From the NCBI GenBank assembly GCA_002633005.1, contig NMRA01000125.1:199624-254583 (forward strand): a stretch of 54,960 bases of DNA, in the 5' to 3' direction. Under the pieces are notes generated by a model. It worked only from the letters and a program-made list of their open reading frames with translations. It was not told the DNA's origin and ran no database searches. Positions 1 to 14,100 of this stretch are shown here, one piece after another (position 1 is the first letter of the stretch; each line of letters starts with the position of its first letter). Origin of the DNA: Phoronis australis (taxonomy: Eukaryota; Animalia; Phoronida). The translations under genes and the position numbers were made by a program.

Positions 1-185
1 GTGGAATCAAACTAAATTTATTCACTTTGTCAATGCTGTTAACTTGCATTTGTTTAAAGATCACTGAAACAATAAACATCACGATATATCACAAGTAAGA
101 GGCATCGTTCAAAACAAATGCAACTTTTCTTCCGGAGTGAAATGCACTTTTTACTCACTGTCAATGTCACGCTCTCTCGTTTACC

Positions 186-352
186 ACAATGGCGGAAAAA
201 GTGAAATATAGGTCATGTATATTAGCCAATCAACGTTGTCGTATTAAACCCTTCACCCAATTGGATAGGTTGTGACAAATTTAACACCAGCGCCACATAC
301 AAAACAGTGATGTTGAATATTTTTGTCTGTCAACATATTCACAAAACTTGAG
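186..352 (+). promoter_or_regulatory. Probable ARHGAP19 promoter and first non-coding exon
   Basis: YY1-like AATGGCGG at 188, two CCAAT boxes at 226 and 257 (31 bp apart), GCGCCA at 290, and a candidate donor GAG/gtttgt at 352/353. The ATG exon at 2158 opens with an acceptor, so an upstream UTR exon is required. Confidence 0.4.
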
Positions 353-744
353 GTTTGTCTCATCATTTTGTCTTGAGTGCAGTCTACATATTGGTTAACC
401 ACAGATTCAGTCACCATGTTGGTCTACTTTACTTTTTAGGTAGATTCTACGTTTTGTGACATTCGTTTCCACATATTCCAGCTACTTCGCCATATTCTCA
501 CCGTCATCAGTACAGTAGCCTATCTGTTTATAATTATGGAAAGCCTGAATGAATCAGGAGACGGAACTGGACTTTTTAGTTTGGCTTCAGCTTTCTCTTT
601 CAGCTGCAGCAAATTCTTAGATCTTGGTCACACCAATTATACAGAAGTCACAAACTGACTTTCATATCGATCACACTCTTCACAGTGCAGTGTGTGAGTG
701 GGAGTTACAATTATGAATTAGACTGGACACTTGTCACTAGAGTC

Positions 745-1520
745 CTAGACAGCTCCACCGTGTCTAGTTGAACTACAGACAGTGAAGCTCCTATAGGCGC
801 TACATATGCCGGAAGCTTTTCAGCAAATTATGCCTCACACTGACTAATACCTTTTGCGCATAGAGGAATACCTTAGGAGGCCGTCAACGGTCAACGTATT
901 TAATTCCTTCGAACAACAAATACTCCCATAATCAAACTTTTTTGCGCAGTCTTTCGTTCAGTTGCCCAAATGGACACTAGACAGTACCACCAACACTGTC
1001 TCAACTGGCCCTGCAGTAGAAACGGTGGCCTGTTGGCTCTCCATATGCCAAAGCTACTGAAACTATGTATCACACTGATTAAACCGTCAGAGTCTTGTTA
1101 CTACAAGCACCTTTTGCGCACAGAGAGACACTGTAGGAGGGCGTTGATGTCTTTAGCTCTTACTAGCTCGTACAAATTTATACTCGAGTCCTGCTATCAA
1201 ACTTTTTTCCGAACAGTTCTTCATTCACATATATCCTGTGGCATGAGTACACAGTATAAAAATGGCCAGTGGCCGATTTGGCAACTGAACAAAGGACTAT
1301 TAGAAAAAAAAGTTTGATTGCATGAGTGTAAATTTGTTCAAGCTGAGTAGAGTTTAAGACATCAACGGCCTCCTGAGGAGTTCCTCTATGTGCAAAATGT
1401 ACTTATAGCAATACGAGTTTGATGGTTTAATCAGTGTGAGGCATTCGCTTAAAATCTTCCGGAGTATAGAGGGCCTATGGTATGGTCCCCATCTCTACTG
1501 AGGCAAACTGAGACAGTGTT
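745..1520. mobile_element. Foldback/MITE family copies in inverted orientation (family A)
   Basis: The block GAAGCTCCTATAGGCGCTACATATGCCGGAAGCTTTT...CCTTTTGCGCATAGAGGAATACCTTAGGAGGCCG...CAGTTGCCCAAAT occurs at ~770-970 (+), partially at ~1040-1225 (+) and inverted at ~1250-1480. The same sequence recurs at 49.4, 51.0, 52.2-52.7 and 54.8 kb. Confidence 0.75.
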
Positions 1521-2158
1521 ACTGCCAAAGGTCAGACCAGAGAGACTTCAATCTATGGTTAGACTAGATTATACTACATTCACATGAGTGGTGAAAACGC
1601 AGCAGTTTCACTGGCTGAAATGCGTTTTTGTGTGACAGACAAGCTCTCCGTGAAGCGGTAATTTCCGTCATTAGTTAGCTTGTTTCCTCACCACCTGAGT
1701 TACTTTAGCCGAAAATTGATGTCACAGTGCGTTCACTCTCTACCATAAATTGATTGATGTGACAACAGAACAGGCCTCTTACCCATGTGCACTGACCTTC
1801 CCATAACACTCTTTAGATTTCCACTTGACTATGAGCACATGAAATGGCATTCAGTCATCAGTTTTCAATTTCAGTGACAAGTCAGGACCTTCGTTCATCC
1901 AGGGAGAAATGTGCCTGTGCCTTCTGATTGTTACATACCGTTTGAGTTTTTAAATTGAGAAATGAAGTTCCATTGAGTGGTTCAGCAACTACCTGTAAAT
2001 CTGCAGCGGAAAAAGGTTTTCATTCCTTTCTGATGGTGGTTGCCATGGTGACATATTTTTCAGGACATCAGTGGGGTTAGAAACATCTGACCATCTCAAC
2101 ATGCTTTCTTGTTGGTAAAGTTGCCTTGCTTACTTTACGTTTTAGCTTTGTTTTCAGG

Positions 2159-5100
2159 ATGTCGCTTAAAAGAATAGATGAAGTTAAACTTGAGGGTTAC
2201 GTTCAGAAACTGCAGGAGTTGGACATTAACCAGTTCTATATTTTATGTCGAATGCACTTGTCATTCGTAATTGAGCTAAACACTGAAAAATTTGAAGAAA
2301 TCTTATCCGACTCAACCACCAAGACAGACTTGAAAACCAAAAAGACAGCATTTGGCCTCAAAAAGAAAGGTTTGTACCAAATTTATTGGTAACACTGGTT
2401 TGTTCCCGTGTACACCATTCTGATCGAATGTTAGTTTTTAGTTTTTCTAAAATCTGATTGGTGACCTCTGAGTCTCGAGACAAACAGCATTTAAGTATCT
2501 CAGAGGTCTACTATTAACATGAGCCGTTACTTTTACTGCTGCTGGTACTTTATCATACTCGTACTTACTTGATATTGATAAAAAAATGATACCACATCCA
2601 GTACTTCTACTGCAGACTATTACTACTAAGGTGAAAATTCTTAAGTTTGGGAAATCTCTGAAATTTAGGACCATGAAATTCAAGCCAAAATTGAATTTAT
2701 TGGCTTTGAGTGTTGGGACATGGGTGATTTCGGCATTCATCGTATTTCTAAAATATCGGACACTGCGTTTTGTGTCAACAGAGTCTGAAAATAAACTTGG
2801 CAACTTTCATAAAATTGTCGAAAATCGCCTCTGGAGCAACATTTTAATGCGTCTCCCATTATATGTAACATTGATAGAAATGTTTATTTTCTATCAACAA
2901 AGCTTGAATTATCAAAAATAGCCAGCGACTGAACAGAATTCAGAATGGGTAAATTTCTTGTAATTATTGAATTTAGGATAGCCTGTATTGCCTATTTCTA
3001 AAATTTGGCAGATGCTTCAGCCTTTAGGAAAACAATTAAGGCAGTTCCAAACTGGGGAATTGTTATGGTACTAACGGTAAGCACAGAACATTTAAATGTT
3101 CATAGATACAGGTCTGCCCGCTATCACTTTGTTGTGTTTTTTAACTCCTTGATTTTGTGGTGTGTATCTATTAGCTAAAATGGGTGTTAATGAACACACC
3201 TGATTATTTACTCTTTGACAATAGCTGTACTTCGGGAGCAAGTTTCTGATATGCAAAATTGGTTAAATACACAACACTTGTGGTAATTAACAGTCTTTAT
3301 TTCGTTACGTTCGTATACTCGGAACAAAGTTCTACACTCAACAGAACGTTGGTGAAGCAACTGACTAAGAGACACCATTAAAAGACACGGTATTTCGAAA
3401 CATACTTGTTTTACTCTCAAGTGGAAATTAAGTGATGCAGTAATACCACCACAGAGCATAAGCTGGAAGACATACACAGTGGGACATGGCAGGTGTGAAA
3501 TACTGCAAAGAATGTTAAATGAAGGAGGATACGAACGGAACCGAATAAAGACTTTTAATAACGACAAGTGTCAATGCTATAAAATTTATCAGTTATCACT
3601 TTGCCTTCAGGTTCCAAGGAATCGTTGCTGTCTTCAGGAACAAGTTTGACTGAAGATAGCGTGGCACAGCTTAGCGAGCTCATTGACTTCCTTAGTCTCC
3701 CTCAGAGTAGGTTAAATAAGGCTCATAGTATTCAGTTATGACTGGTTGATGATTTACACCACATATTTCTTGGCACAGTAATGAAATAGCCATTTTGTAA
3801 CAGAATCCATAACTAAAATTGGGCTACATTTTTAATATGAGATGTGAACTCTACAGAGTTTTATTCTGACATTATGGAATAATGTTCTTATTTGCTTCAA
3901 ACCTTTGTGGATTAGCAACCTCTGTTGATCATCAAATGGGATTTGAGTGTCCCTTGGTCATGTACATGTCAATCTTCATTTATTTTTTAAAAACTTCTTA
4001 CTTCTTGGTTTTACTCAAGACATCAAGTATTTCGAATATTAGGGCGTGTACTAGAATTCTGTTATGGGTGCAAGATCACATATGGGCAGAAACTCCCAAG
4101 TAGGTTGATTCACAAATAATTCCTGTTTGATCGTAGTACACGTTTCACATGTGGTAAAAAGAACTGCTCATGTAAAAAAACTCATGTGAATGCAGTGTGA
4201 ATGCATATGTTTGTGGCTATTCCTTAGATCTGGAACAAGAAGGACTGTTCCGAAAAACGGGCAACATCAGTCGACAGAAAGACTTAAAGGAGCGTATCAA
4301 CAATGGTGAGAAAACTCACTTTGATAACAACGACTACAGCGCACACGATTGTGCGTCCACACTTAAGAACTACTTGGGCGAGTTATGCGAACCTCTACTA
4401 ATGGACAAGCTATATTCCATTCACTGCCAGGTAGCGGGTAAGTTATATGGTACCACCAACAAAAAGGGCACTAGATGTGATTTCTTATGAGCAATATTCG
4501 GATGTAACATGCCCACATTTTGAGAACCAGTTTGATGCCTATTATTCATTGGAGAAAACTGGTTCTTAGTTTCAGTTATATGATGACATGAATTTTAATA
4601 AATTTATTTCATATTTTCTTAAAAAATGATTGCAAGTTCAAATTTGGTGGATGATTTTATTTTTAGTGTGTGTGGTTCAAAATACCACACGAAAACTAAA
4701 CCATACTCTTTAATTTGAAGAAACAATCAGTCAAAGGCTTACTGCATTGCAGAAATCAAATTTATTACAGTATGAATTTGAGCTTTCTTGCATTTATTTG
4801 TGTCTGTAAATTTGACTATTCTAGGCTCTGCTATTCAGAATACATAGAGGGTAATAAAACAAATATCTTCTCAGCCAGGACCTTAATCACCTTGTTAAGC
4901 TGTATTTAGTTACATAGGCCAAATGAGACAGTTGCATGACTAACAGTAGGGTTCACAAAAGCTACTTTGCTGAATTAGCTTGTTAATTTCAAAAGGCCTG
5001 TTGTGTGTGAATGACACCCATTATTTACAATTCTCTGCAAAATTCTAAGGCACTATGTGGACTAGTTACCCCCCTCCATGCCCAAAATGACAAAACAGAA

Positions 5101-8100
5101 TCCAACTTTTCTACCTGACTGTCCTAAATGACCATTTTTTTTATTTCTTATTTTCTTGTAAGCTTGTCACTTGTTTTTCAGACCTAGCGTGCGCAGACAA
5201 AAAGGTTAAGGCTCTGCAGCTGCTGTTTCTGCTCCTGCCATCGATAAATCGGGAACTGCTGAAGAAGATTCTCTACCTTCTCCACCAGGTGGCATGCACA
5301 GAGGCCAACAAGATGAGCGCAGATGCCCTTGGAACTATGTTTGCACCTCAGATACTCTGCCCACGCAAAGTGAGTGTAACGGGCTAGGCTGCCAAGGGAA
5401 AACAACCCAGAACCCTTTTAGTTTCAGGGTGAATAGACTATTGATAGGTTAAACATGGCGGGGAGGGGGATAATCAGCGAGAACTAGGTGGGGGAAGAAC
5501 CCCAGTCCCCAATAATTGCAGGGTAAGTATCTTATTTTCCAGAATATAAGACCATGCCATTATAGGCCAAATAATGCAAATGACCCAGAATATAAGGCAC
5601 GTATAATAAAGTGTAAGGCTTACTGTTATAATCGAATATAATGCCTATTTTCATTTTTCCCTATCAGTCATGACCAAAATGTTACGTAATGTCTTAGATT
5701 ACAAAATACTGCGTGGTTAAAAGCATTCCATGAAAATATTGATTACATAATACAGCAAAAACCAAACATTTTTTGCTCACGCCAGAATGTAAACGTCCAG
5801 ACAATAAGGCCACAGCCTTATATTTGAGTATAAGACTACAGTGCATTATAAAGCCATGTACTTATATTCCACGTAATACAGTAGATGATTTGTCGGACTA
5901 GCTAGATCAAGTGCTGCACTCCACCTAATGGCCTGCAGTTCAATTATGCAACCAACCTATATACAGGAGTTCACAGTTTCCAGTTGGGCATCAGTAGCAT
6001 ATGCGCGTTAGCTTGGTAGAGACCTAGGCAGAGCAACAAGTGGAATTTTTCCATTGCGCTCTGTGGAGAGCCAACAATTAAATGTAGATTTCTTTTAAGA
6101 CAACAACTTAATTACTAAAACATGTCATTAGTATGTGACTGCTGTGGGGTTATCTGGACACAAAAACTTTAAGATTATTCATAATGATCCTTGGATCCCT
6201 GCTTGGCTGGTCAGCTGATACAGTATGATTGGTGTTAGTATTAACTTGCATATTAAAGCTTTAATTGAAATAAGGCATGTATTTTCACAAGGCTAAACTT
6301 CAAATATTCATATGTATGTATGTAATATTTATGCATGCATGCACGGCGCACGCACGCACACATGTATGTATTCTCATAGCCATGTTTTAGAAGTATTGAG
6401 AATAATGCCATTTTAATGCTGTATCTATAAGATAATATCGAGAATGCATTGTATTGATAATTCTCAAAAGTGTGGTTGATTTTTGGTCGCGTTTTGCTGT
6501 AGATGACTGGAACAGAACTTCAAACTGAAGCCTCCAACGTAACCAAGGCAACGTCTTTCATGATCTCCAATGCTCCTCAACTGTTTAAGGTATGATTGCA
6601 GTGGCTTATTAATGGGTTGTGTATTAATATGTCGCATATCAAAAGCAATCTGACTGTCATATTAGGTGGTATTTTGTCATTCCTTGAGAAATAGCCTTTT
6701 TTCGTCATTCCTGTATTTGCCACAACTTGGCTTTAGCACGTTTTCGCTGAATATGCATTTGATGCAAATCGTAAATTCTGTAGTGGGAAGCAACCAACAA
6801 AAAGCAATCGAAAGTAGGATTCGACAATAAATGCATGTTGTGTTTGTATATTCTGGCATTAAACTTGTCTGTGATTTTAATTTTCTTATTGCTTAGTAAA
6901 TGTCATGTTATGTGTGGAGCTGGGTATTTTGCATTGGGTCTCATTGATAGTCCTTTCCTGGTCTCAAAGCAGTTTCAGATTTGAGGAGCAGTTGAAATAG
7001 TCATGTTCATCAATGGGCTGTCCCGTCCTGTTAACACTCCTAACTCCAAAAATGAGTCGTGTGGGTGATCCCAAAACACTGCATTCAGAGCTTTTAGTCT
7101 TGTATCTGGACTCCGTAAACACTACGGCTGCTCGTCAGGTGTGCATTCCATAGAGACGAGAATCTCGCGAAAACACAAGACTTGGCGAGACATTGCCACC
7201 TATTACAAGGGAAGTACGTGATCAAATTAGCTGCCTTACTAGTAGCAAGATTCTTGCATCTACCCACATGCTGCAACCAGGCATACTGTGACTCACAGCT
7301 GGTTGGCTTAACTGGGTCGTTTCTCGACCCTGTTTTTGTGCAAGTATATCACTGCCTTTGATTCAACCTTTAGTCACAGTAGATTTTTCTCAGATTTATG
7401 ATATTTACTGGTCTATCCAGAATGGTATCCAGAATGTGTTGTTTCTATTATTTTGCTATTCATAATGCTCTACAGGTCCCTGCACTACTGGGCTTCGACG
7501 TAGTTCAATATCTCAAAGAAAACTGGGAAAACCTCGACATTTCTCGTCCCTGCTCTAGCTCCTCAGACGAAAACAATGGTCCTCCTAGCCGTAAGCGAGC
7601 TGTGAGTGTTGACTTGACGCAATTTTTTGTGATGTCTGCATGGTAACAAGTAACGATTGTATTAACGTGCACAAGAATACCTTACTTTTTTCTCAGTTAA
7701 TAATTACTACATCAGGATATTTCTCCTGTGTTATATACTACATGGATCTTTGTTTACTTAATTGTACCTCCGTTGTGTGCACAGTCAGGTCTGTGTAGAT
7801 GCAAGATTTGCCTTCATGCTGTACGATGCAATCACCAAAGACCTTGAAACCACTTAACTTACATAATTGACTTACGGTAAAACCTTAGAACACAACACGA
7901 AGTATTCTTTTTTGTACTTTCTTCAGAATACAAGAAGTATCAAGTAAACGGCTTGAGTTTTATACCATATCCACAGTATTTATAAACATTGTTATTGAAA
8001 TTGTGGGCAATTGAACCCTTTGAAAAATGGAAAAATATCAACTTTGGCGATTATTTTTGTCCAAAATTGGAAATTTTTACTGTTGTCGATTTAATATGTT

Positions 8101-11100
8101 TTTGTGTTGTCTTGTTTGTTGGGTTTTGTGTGTTTTTGTTCAAATTCACAAAAATGCAACAATTGATTAACTATCCAAGCGGGTTATAAACATACTTTCC
8201 ACCACAAAAATCAACTTTTCAGTTTAGACCACTTATCGTTAAGAAATTGGTTTCAAATTGTGTGTTCCTCAGTCAGATGGATAAGGAACTGACAGTTCAT
8301 TATTAGTTGAGACCAGAGGTTCTACAAGTTGGCTTGCCTCGGCCTGTAATGTTCTCCACTCAGCATAGTATGAAGAAATAACAAACTGTCAATTCTTTGC
8401 AAACCCAGAAGTCACTTTTCATCTGAGTAAGGTATACCTTGACACTAATCAATAATCAATTTTATAGGTGATAGTCAATTACAGGGGTCCCACATGAACC
8501 AGTTTTCTCCTCTGAATAAAAAGCATCAAACTGGTTCTCAAAATGCGGCACCCCTGTAATGAACTATTGCCTTTTATAGCGGTAAGTGGCCTAAATCACG
8601 TTTTGTTCTTGGGAAGAAGGCCGGATTATAGTTTATCTAACAAAGTAAACAATAACAGCCAAGTGTTAACTTCATGAATAACTCACATAACTGAGTTTCT
8701 TAGCTAATGGATATTTTCGTGTCTATCTTTGCCTCTATTGGTGCAAAGTGGTGTACAATTAGGTGTTTCGGCTTTCCGACTGCTTTATTTTGCAATATTT
8801 TTGAATTACCATAGTCGGACAAATTAAGATAATTCTGCCCTTGTTTGGAAATCAGGTTACACGTGAAAGCCATTTGTCAGAGTCGCCATATCTTAAGGTT
8901 GGTACCGTAAGATTTGCCTGCAGCTGCAGTCACGGGGCTTGCAATAGATATTTTGTAAATTATCTTGCATCTCATGAATAGTTTTGCCACGTGTGTTTCC
9001 ATTTCCTCTGTTGCCTTGCATTAATTTCATTCTTTGCTTTGTGACTACCAGACGGTGTAAATCCTATATAGCATATTGTATTTAAAAGGGTACTGTCTTT
9101 TTCTTAGTTATTTCAGGAACATTATAATTTGATTTTTTGTTGAAAAGCGACCACGGTACATCACAATGTGAATCAATAGTGACTAATTAACATATAGTCA
9201 GACAGTTATTATATTTATGCTACTGTTAATCAAGGTATTATTCACCATAGTTTTTCAAAGTCACCATAGCTCACGGATGCAATACGTTTTGACATATAAA
9301 ATTTTATATTATTGGGATCACGATTTCACTCAAATGACTGTCATTTTACGAGGTATTCAGGGACTTTGTTGGTTAGAGACCATATTAGGACAGTTTCAAT
9401 GGAAATTTCCGAAAATCCCCCCCCCCCCCTCTCTAAATACCCCGGACGTATTTTTTGGTTTTATTTGATGTTTCTGAAAGATTGTTTTTCGAGTATCCAC
9501 CCATGGGTCTATTTTTGGAAATTCCCGGTACAAAGAAAAATTGTGCTGCTGATCATCATGAGATGTAACAGAAACATAGCCCGCATGCACTGTTGTGTTT
9601 TCATTGATTACTAAGTCTGTGTACAGGAGGAGCTGCTGTCAAAGTATTTTGATGTCCCCATCGTAGGAATGCATGGTAGTTTCGGCCCTGTTAACTGAGG
9701 AAATGCACTGTAAAATCTCACCAATTTCAGACAAAAATAACTGTCAAAATTGACCTACTTCATATTTTTAAAGCTTTATAACGTCATTGTCATTGGCCAG
9801 TTTCTGAAAGCATTTTCTGATGGTAGGTATGGTGTAAAACTTTAAAATGTTGAGGTATTTGGTTGGGGATACCTATCTTTCTTAAAAATGAAGAAATATG
9901 TTTGCATTCATCAGCCATGTTGTGTCCTGAATTGGTGCGATTTTACCGTACTTACTTTCAGGCCTCCTTTCATGAAATCTTGTGTCTGCCCCCAGGTGGC
10001 GCTTTGTGCTTGCATGCCCTTTCATATCTAGCATGTGTGTGTGGTTCTTTACTATGTTGTGTGTAATCATGCTCTTCTGTTGGTATTGGCTTTTTTATAT
10101 CTTCCATTCACATAGCATGTTGGTTTCTTTTGTAACATGAAGCAAAAGCAAGAAGTTAGAAGCTTTTTACAAAGTGAAATAATATGAGCATTTTAGTGTT
10201 TATTTTTCAAAGACTACACAAATGCTCTCTGTCACCATATGGTGAAACTGTTTTGTGTACAAGTGGGCTCACCAAGAACTGCCAAACAACGTGTGGAATT
10301 TGACTGCTTCCAAAAGTACTGAGATATTGACTGTAAAAGCTTTACTCCTGTTATACTGGGCCCTAGAAAAATACAAAGTTGGCTAACTCTGGAGCATATC
10401 TAATATATGACTGCTCGGATTCAGTGAAACTTTTGAATACTGTGCCTTATGCAGTTTTCTCCAAAATCTCGTTAGGAATTTGTTTTTAAAATGTTCCACT
10501 TTTGTATGATTGGCTATCAAAACAGGACTTTTGTGATTTTAAAGGAAAAAAATCTGAAGTTGTATATAACAAAAAACAAACGATATACAGAAACTGTATC
10601 AGCGTTTTTGAGATCTCACCTTGAACTTTTGTATCAAATGAAATTTTATCATGCTGTTGATACCGTACGTACCATTGTTTTCCTATCAATGCGCCTTTCA
10701 GTTTTGCTAAATTTTACTAAAATGGCATGGTCACGTGACCTAATTAATGGCAGATAAAATTAGTAAAAAGTGGTACCGTAAACATTCGGGCCCATGTTCA
10801 GTTAACCGCCCACCCTGGATTTCTTGAAATTTCGCGTTTAAGCGCCCATGTCTGGTTAACCGCCCACCCCCGATTTTTTGGGTTTGCCAATTTAACCGCC
10901 CAGGGTGTTAACCCGAACGTTTACGGTAAATCAAATTCTTCAATCAATGTGCTCTCTTCTTTCAGAAAATATGTAATTTTACTGAGTCTAAATTCTGCAG
11001 TTATGTAGGTATTTTACAAAACACCTGTCAGTAAGATCGGATACAAGATGTGATGTGATGCCATTGGTTGATATCATAATACCAATGACTTCCTAATAAT

Positions 11101-14100
11101 ACCCACATTCCATAGACCAATGAGTTTTTATAAATACGCCGGACCTGTGCCAGGGGTCTGTTTCATAAATTTAGTGACTCAGCTTTTGACAACAGGGGGT
11201 GTCTAACAGCTGCTTTAATTTTTACTGTGTCCCATTAACTTGGTAAATTCTTCATAGACTGGAGTTACGTTCTAAGTGGGTGTTACTTTTTGTCTACATT
11301 GTAGCGAAGTGTCAATGAGGATGAAACAGATGGTACGCACACGGTCGTCAGCTTCGTGGATCGCAGTGGCACGACCACGTGTGACACAGAGGTGGCACTG
11401 GCGCAGCTATACGCTCACGTTCAGTCCATGCCCGAGTCAGCAAAAAAACGCAAACTACTGAAGCAGGTGAGTTGCATAGAAAATGCTGAAAATTTTGCTA
11501 TGTATTGTTGACTGTTTTATTTTCACCAGAAGTCTTGTTACTCTGTCTGGCAAATACCTGTCTCATACGACATTATAATTTTAGAATATCATAAAACATT
11601 GTATATGCATCTTATCTTAAAAGTTTCATAACAATCCATCAACGAGTAATATTTTTTATGGCTGTGTCTAATGAATCTAATACATGCTTTCAAACAATAT
11701 TCTTGTCTTGGATTGAACACTCCTCTTTCCCGGAGGTAGAAAATTACATTGCATGGCTGATCTACTTTTCAAAACTTCAGGCTCTCCTGAATTGATTGAC
11801 AAGGGAGGAATAAAGTATTGCACATAAACACTCATTCTGACATTTGCCTTTTTGCCAATTTCTTGGTATTAGCATTGAAAGTCAATATGCAATAACTACA
11901 GAACCAATTGCATAATAATTAAGGTATGAAAGATTGACTAGTACAGCTGCATGTTATGAAGCAGGATAAGTACTTGACACATGTGTTGCATTGTGGGTAA
12001 ACACCTTAGAATGAGTGTGATGTTGTGTTATTTCAGGACGAGCCTACTCTTTTGATATCTTCTTGTTGGTAATGGTCCGTGTACGATTTTCTCTCCTCGT
12101 TATTCCAAACAGTCATATTTTTTAATACAGAAAACTGTTACTTGTAGAGTTCAAAACTATGTGAAATTATATCAAGACAAGATTACCGTGATGAATGTTG
12201 GATGACAGTTATTTTAGGCTAAGACAAGTTGAAATTGCACAAGGTTTCTGGGAAATTTCAATCATGATAGTAACACCATGTATTTTATCGATTTGAGCTT
12301 TAATAATTGACCATGGTGCTTTCACGCCTACATAGTTCTTTTTCTTGTTGTCTAGTTTAATCGAAACGGAGTTGGCACTCAGGCAGAAGGCCAGAAACAC
12401 AAGCGAAGCCGATCACTGGGAGAAAGCCTAAAGGTTGGAATTTATGTAGATTACACCTTGTGCACAGCATTGCATAAAAATGGAGTGTAAAAAGCCGTTG
12501 AAATCAGTTTAAGTGACTGAAATTTAAAAGGATATTTTCAGAGTCATTGAATGTACTAGATCTCAGATGAATATCATACTGTATTTTGGTAAATTCATAC
12601 ATTCATTCAAAACTGGTTTTGTCACCTGACATTGATAAATAAATATCTCTGCTGTGAAGCAAGATTATTATTTTGGGCCATGGCTATCAAAATTAATCGA
12701 AATTTCTGTTTTTATCAAGGAATGCTGTCGTCTTGACACCAGAGTTTTCAGATTAAAGACCTTAAAGGAAAATCCCATGTAATTTGTACATATAATGTGT
12801 ACATACTTATGCAACTAGTGGAATAAAGTAACTTACAGCATTTACAGTTCTGTGCAAAAAATGATGTTTTTGGAAATTTCTGTAAAAGTTAAGATTTTCC
12901 AGCTTAAATGTTGTCATGTGTTTATAACCTGGACATTATTTTTACGTTGCATACGAATTCTCTGGTCTTCAAGGATATTAATATATATATTGTTTTATGG
13001 AGCAGTCTACTATATATACTTAAAACATTATCAAAGAAATTTCATCCTTGGCAATGAAGGAATCCCATTACCTGAACGTCTTGATGAAACGGGCAGAGGT
13101 TAAACGGAAACGACTTAAATTTGGCTAAAAACATGCCTAGAATGCAACACCGTCCACAGAACTCCTACATAGGTTGTGCAACACTCATTCGGTTACAACT
13201 CTGATTCTGTTTCGTTTTCAAGATTGTGCCGAGAACTGTCTTGGTGTGGCTGGGCCCTTGATTAGAATTACATGCCGGTCTGATAGTGTGTTTGTTTGTG
13301 GTGGATGCAAGAGTCATGTGTTTACTATAATTCACCTTTGGGTGTATTTCCAGAAGCGTTTCCTGAGGAACCACAAGCGACAACAATCGACTCATGACTC
13401 ACAAAACGACAGTGCCTCCACCTCCAGCATTGGTACATCAGAGGTACGAGGAGAACCCCTGTATTTGAATAACCATAAAAATATGTTTACTTTTCCTGTG
13501 TGTAAGCGTTGCAGGAATACATCTGTTCTGCAGCCTATTTAAATGCTGTATTTATATTCTTCAGGCTTAGAATTTGTTAACCGTTTGGTTTACTTAGCCT
13601 TTTCATTTAGTTATTTCTATAATTTGAAAGTTTGAGTACATTCCAACTTTTCATCTTGTGTTCTTGTTTTTTTATATTAACAAACAATGATTCAATTTGG
13701 GACAAAAATACTTGTTAAAATTGTGATTTCAAAATTTTTAATAGATTACTAATTTGCTACTAATTAATGCTCATAATTTTACCAAATATTATTTGAAGAT
13801 AGCTACACAGTAACTCAATATAACCACTGGAGCATATACTTATTAACAATTGTTTTGTGGAGAAATTTGATCTAACAAAATTCCATTTTTTCGCTATATG
13901 TTGTCCTAAACTGAAGAATTTTACCTTTGGCCATGGTGGTTCATCTAATCTTTCAGTCAGGTTATGAAAACAACAAGCATGCTGGCCACATTTTGTGTTA
14001 TAAAAACAACAACTAGCATGTGGGACACATTTTGTGTTATGATAACAACAAGCATGCTCACCACATTTTTTGTTATGAAAACAACAAGCATGCTGGCCAC

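Noticed and set aside
970-1317. 115-aa ORF and other 60-130 aa ORFs in the track outside the listed exons
   Set aside because: They overlap repeats or introns, lack domains and splice support, and are of the size expected by chance.
7927-9056. Candidate microexons in ARHGAP19 intron (7927-7943; 9052-9054/9056)
   Set aside because: Good pyrimidine tracts, but donors are weak or the lengths shift the frame. Not supportable without RNA data.
13066-13960. Inverted CTGAA(C/A)G(T/A)(C/T)T(T/A)GATGAA motifs flanking exon 13354-13443
   Set aside because: The similarity is only ~17-30 bp and degenerate, with no hammerhead stems. Probably old MITE ends.
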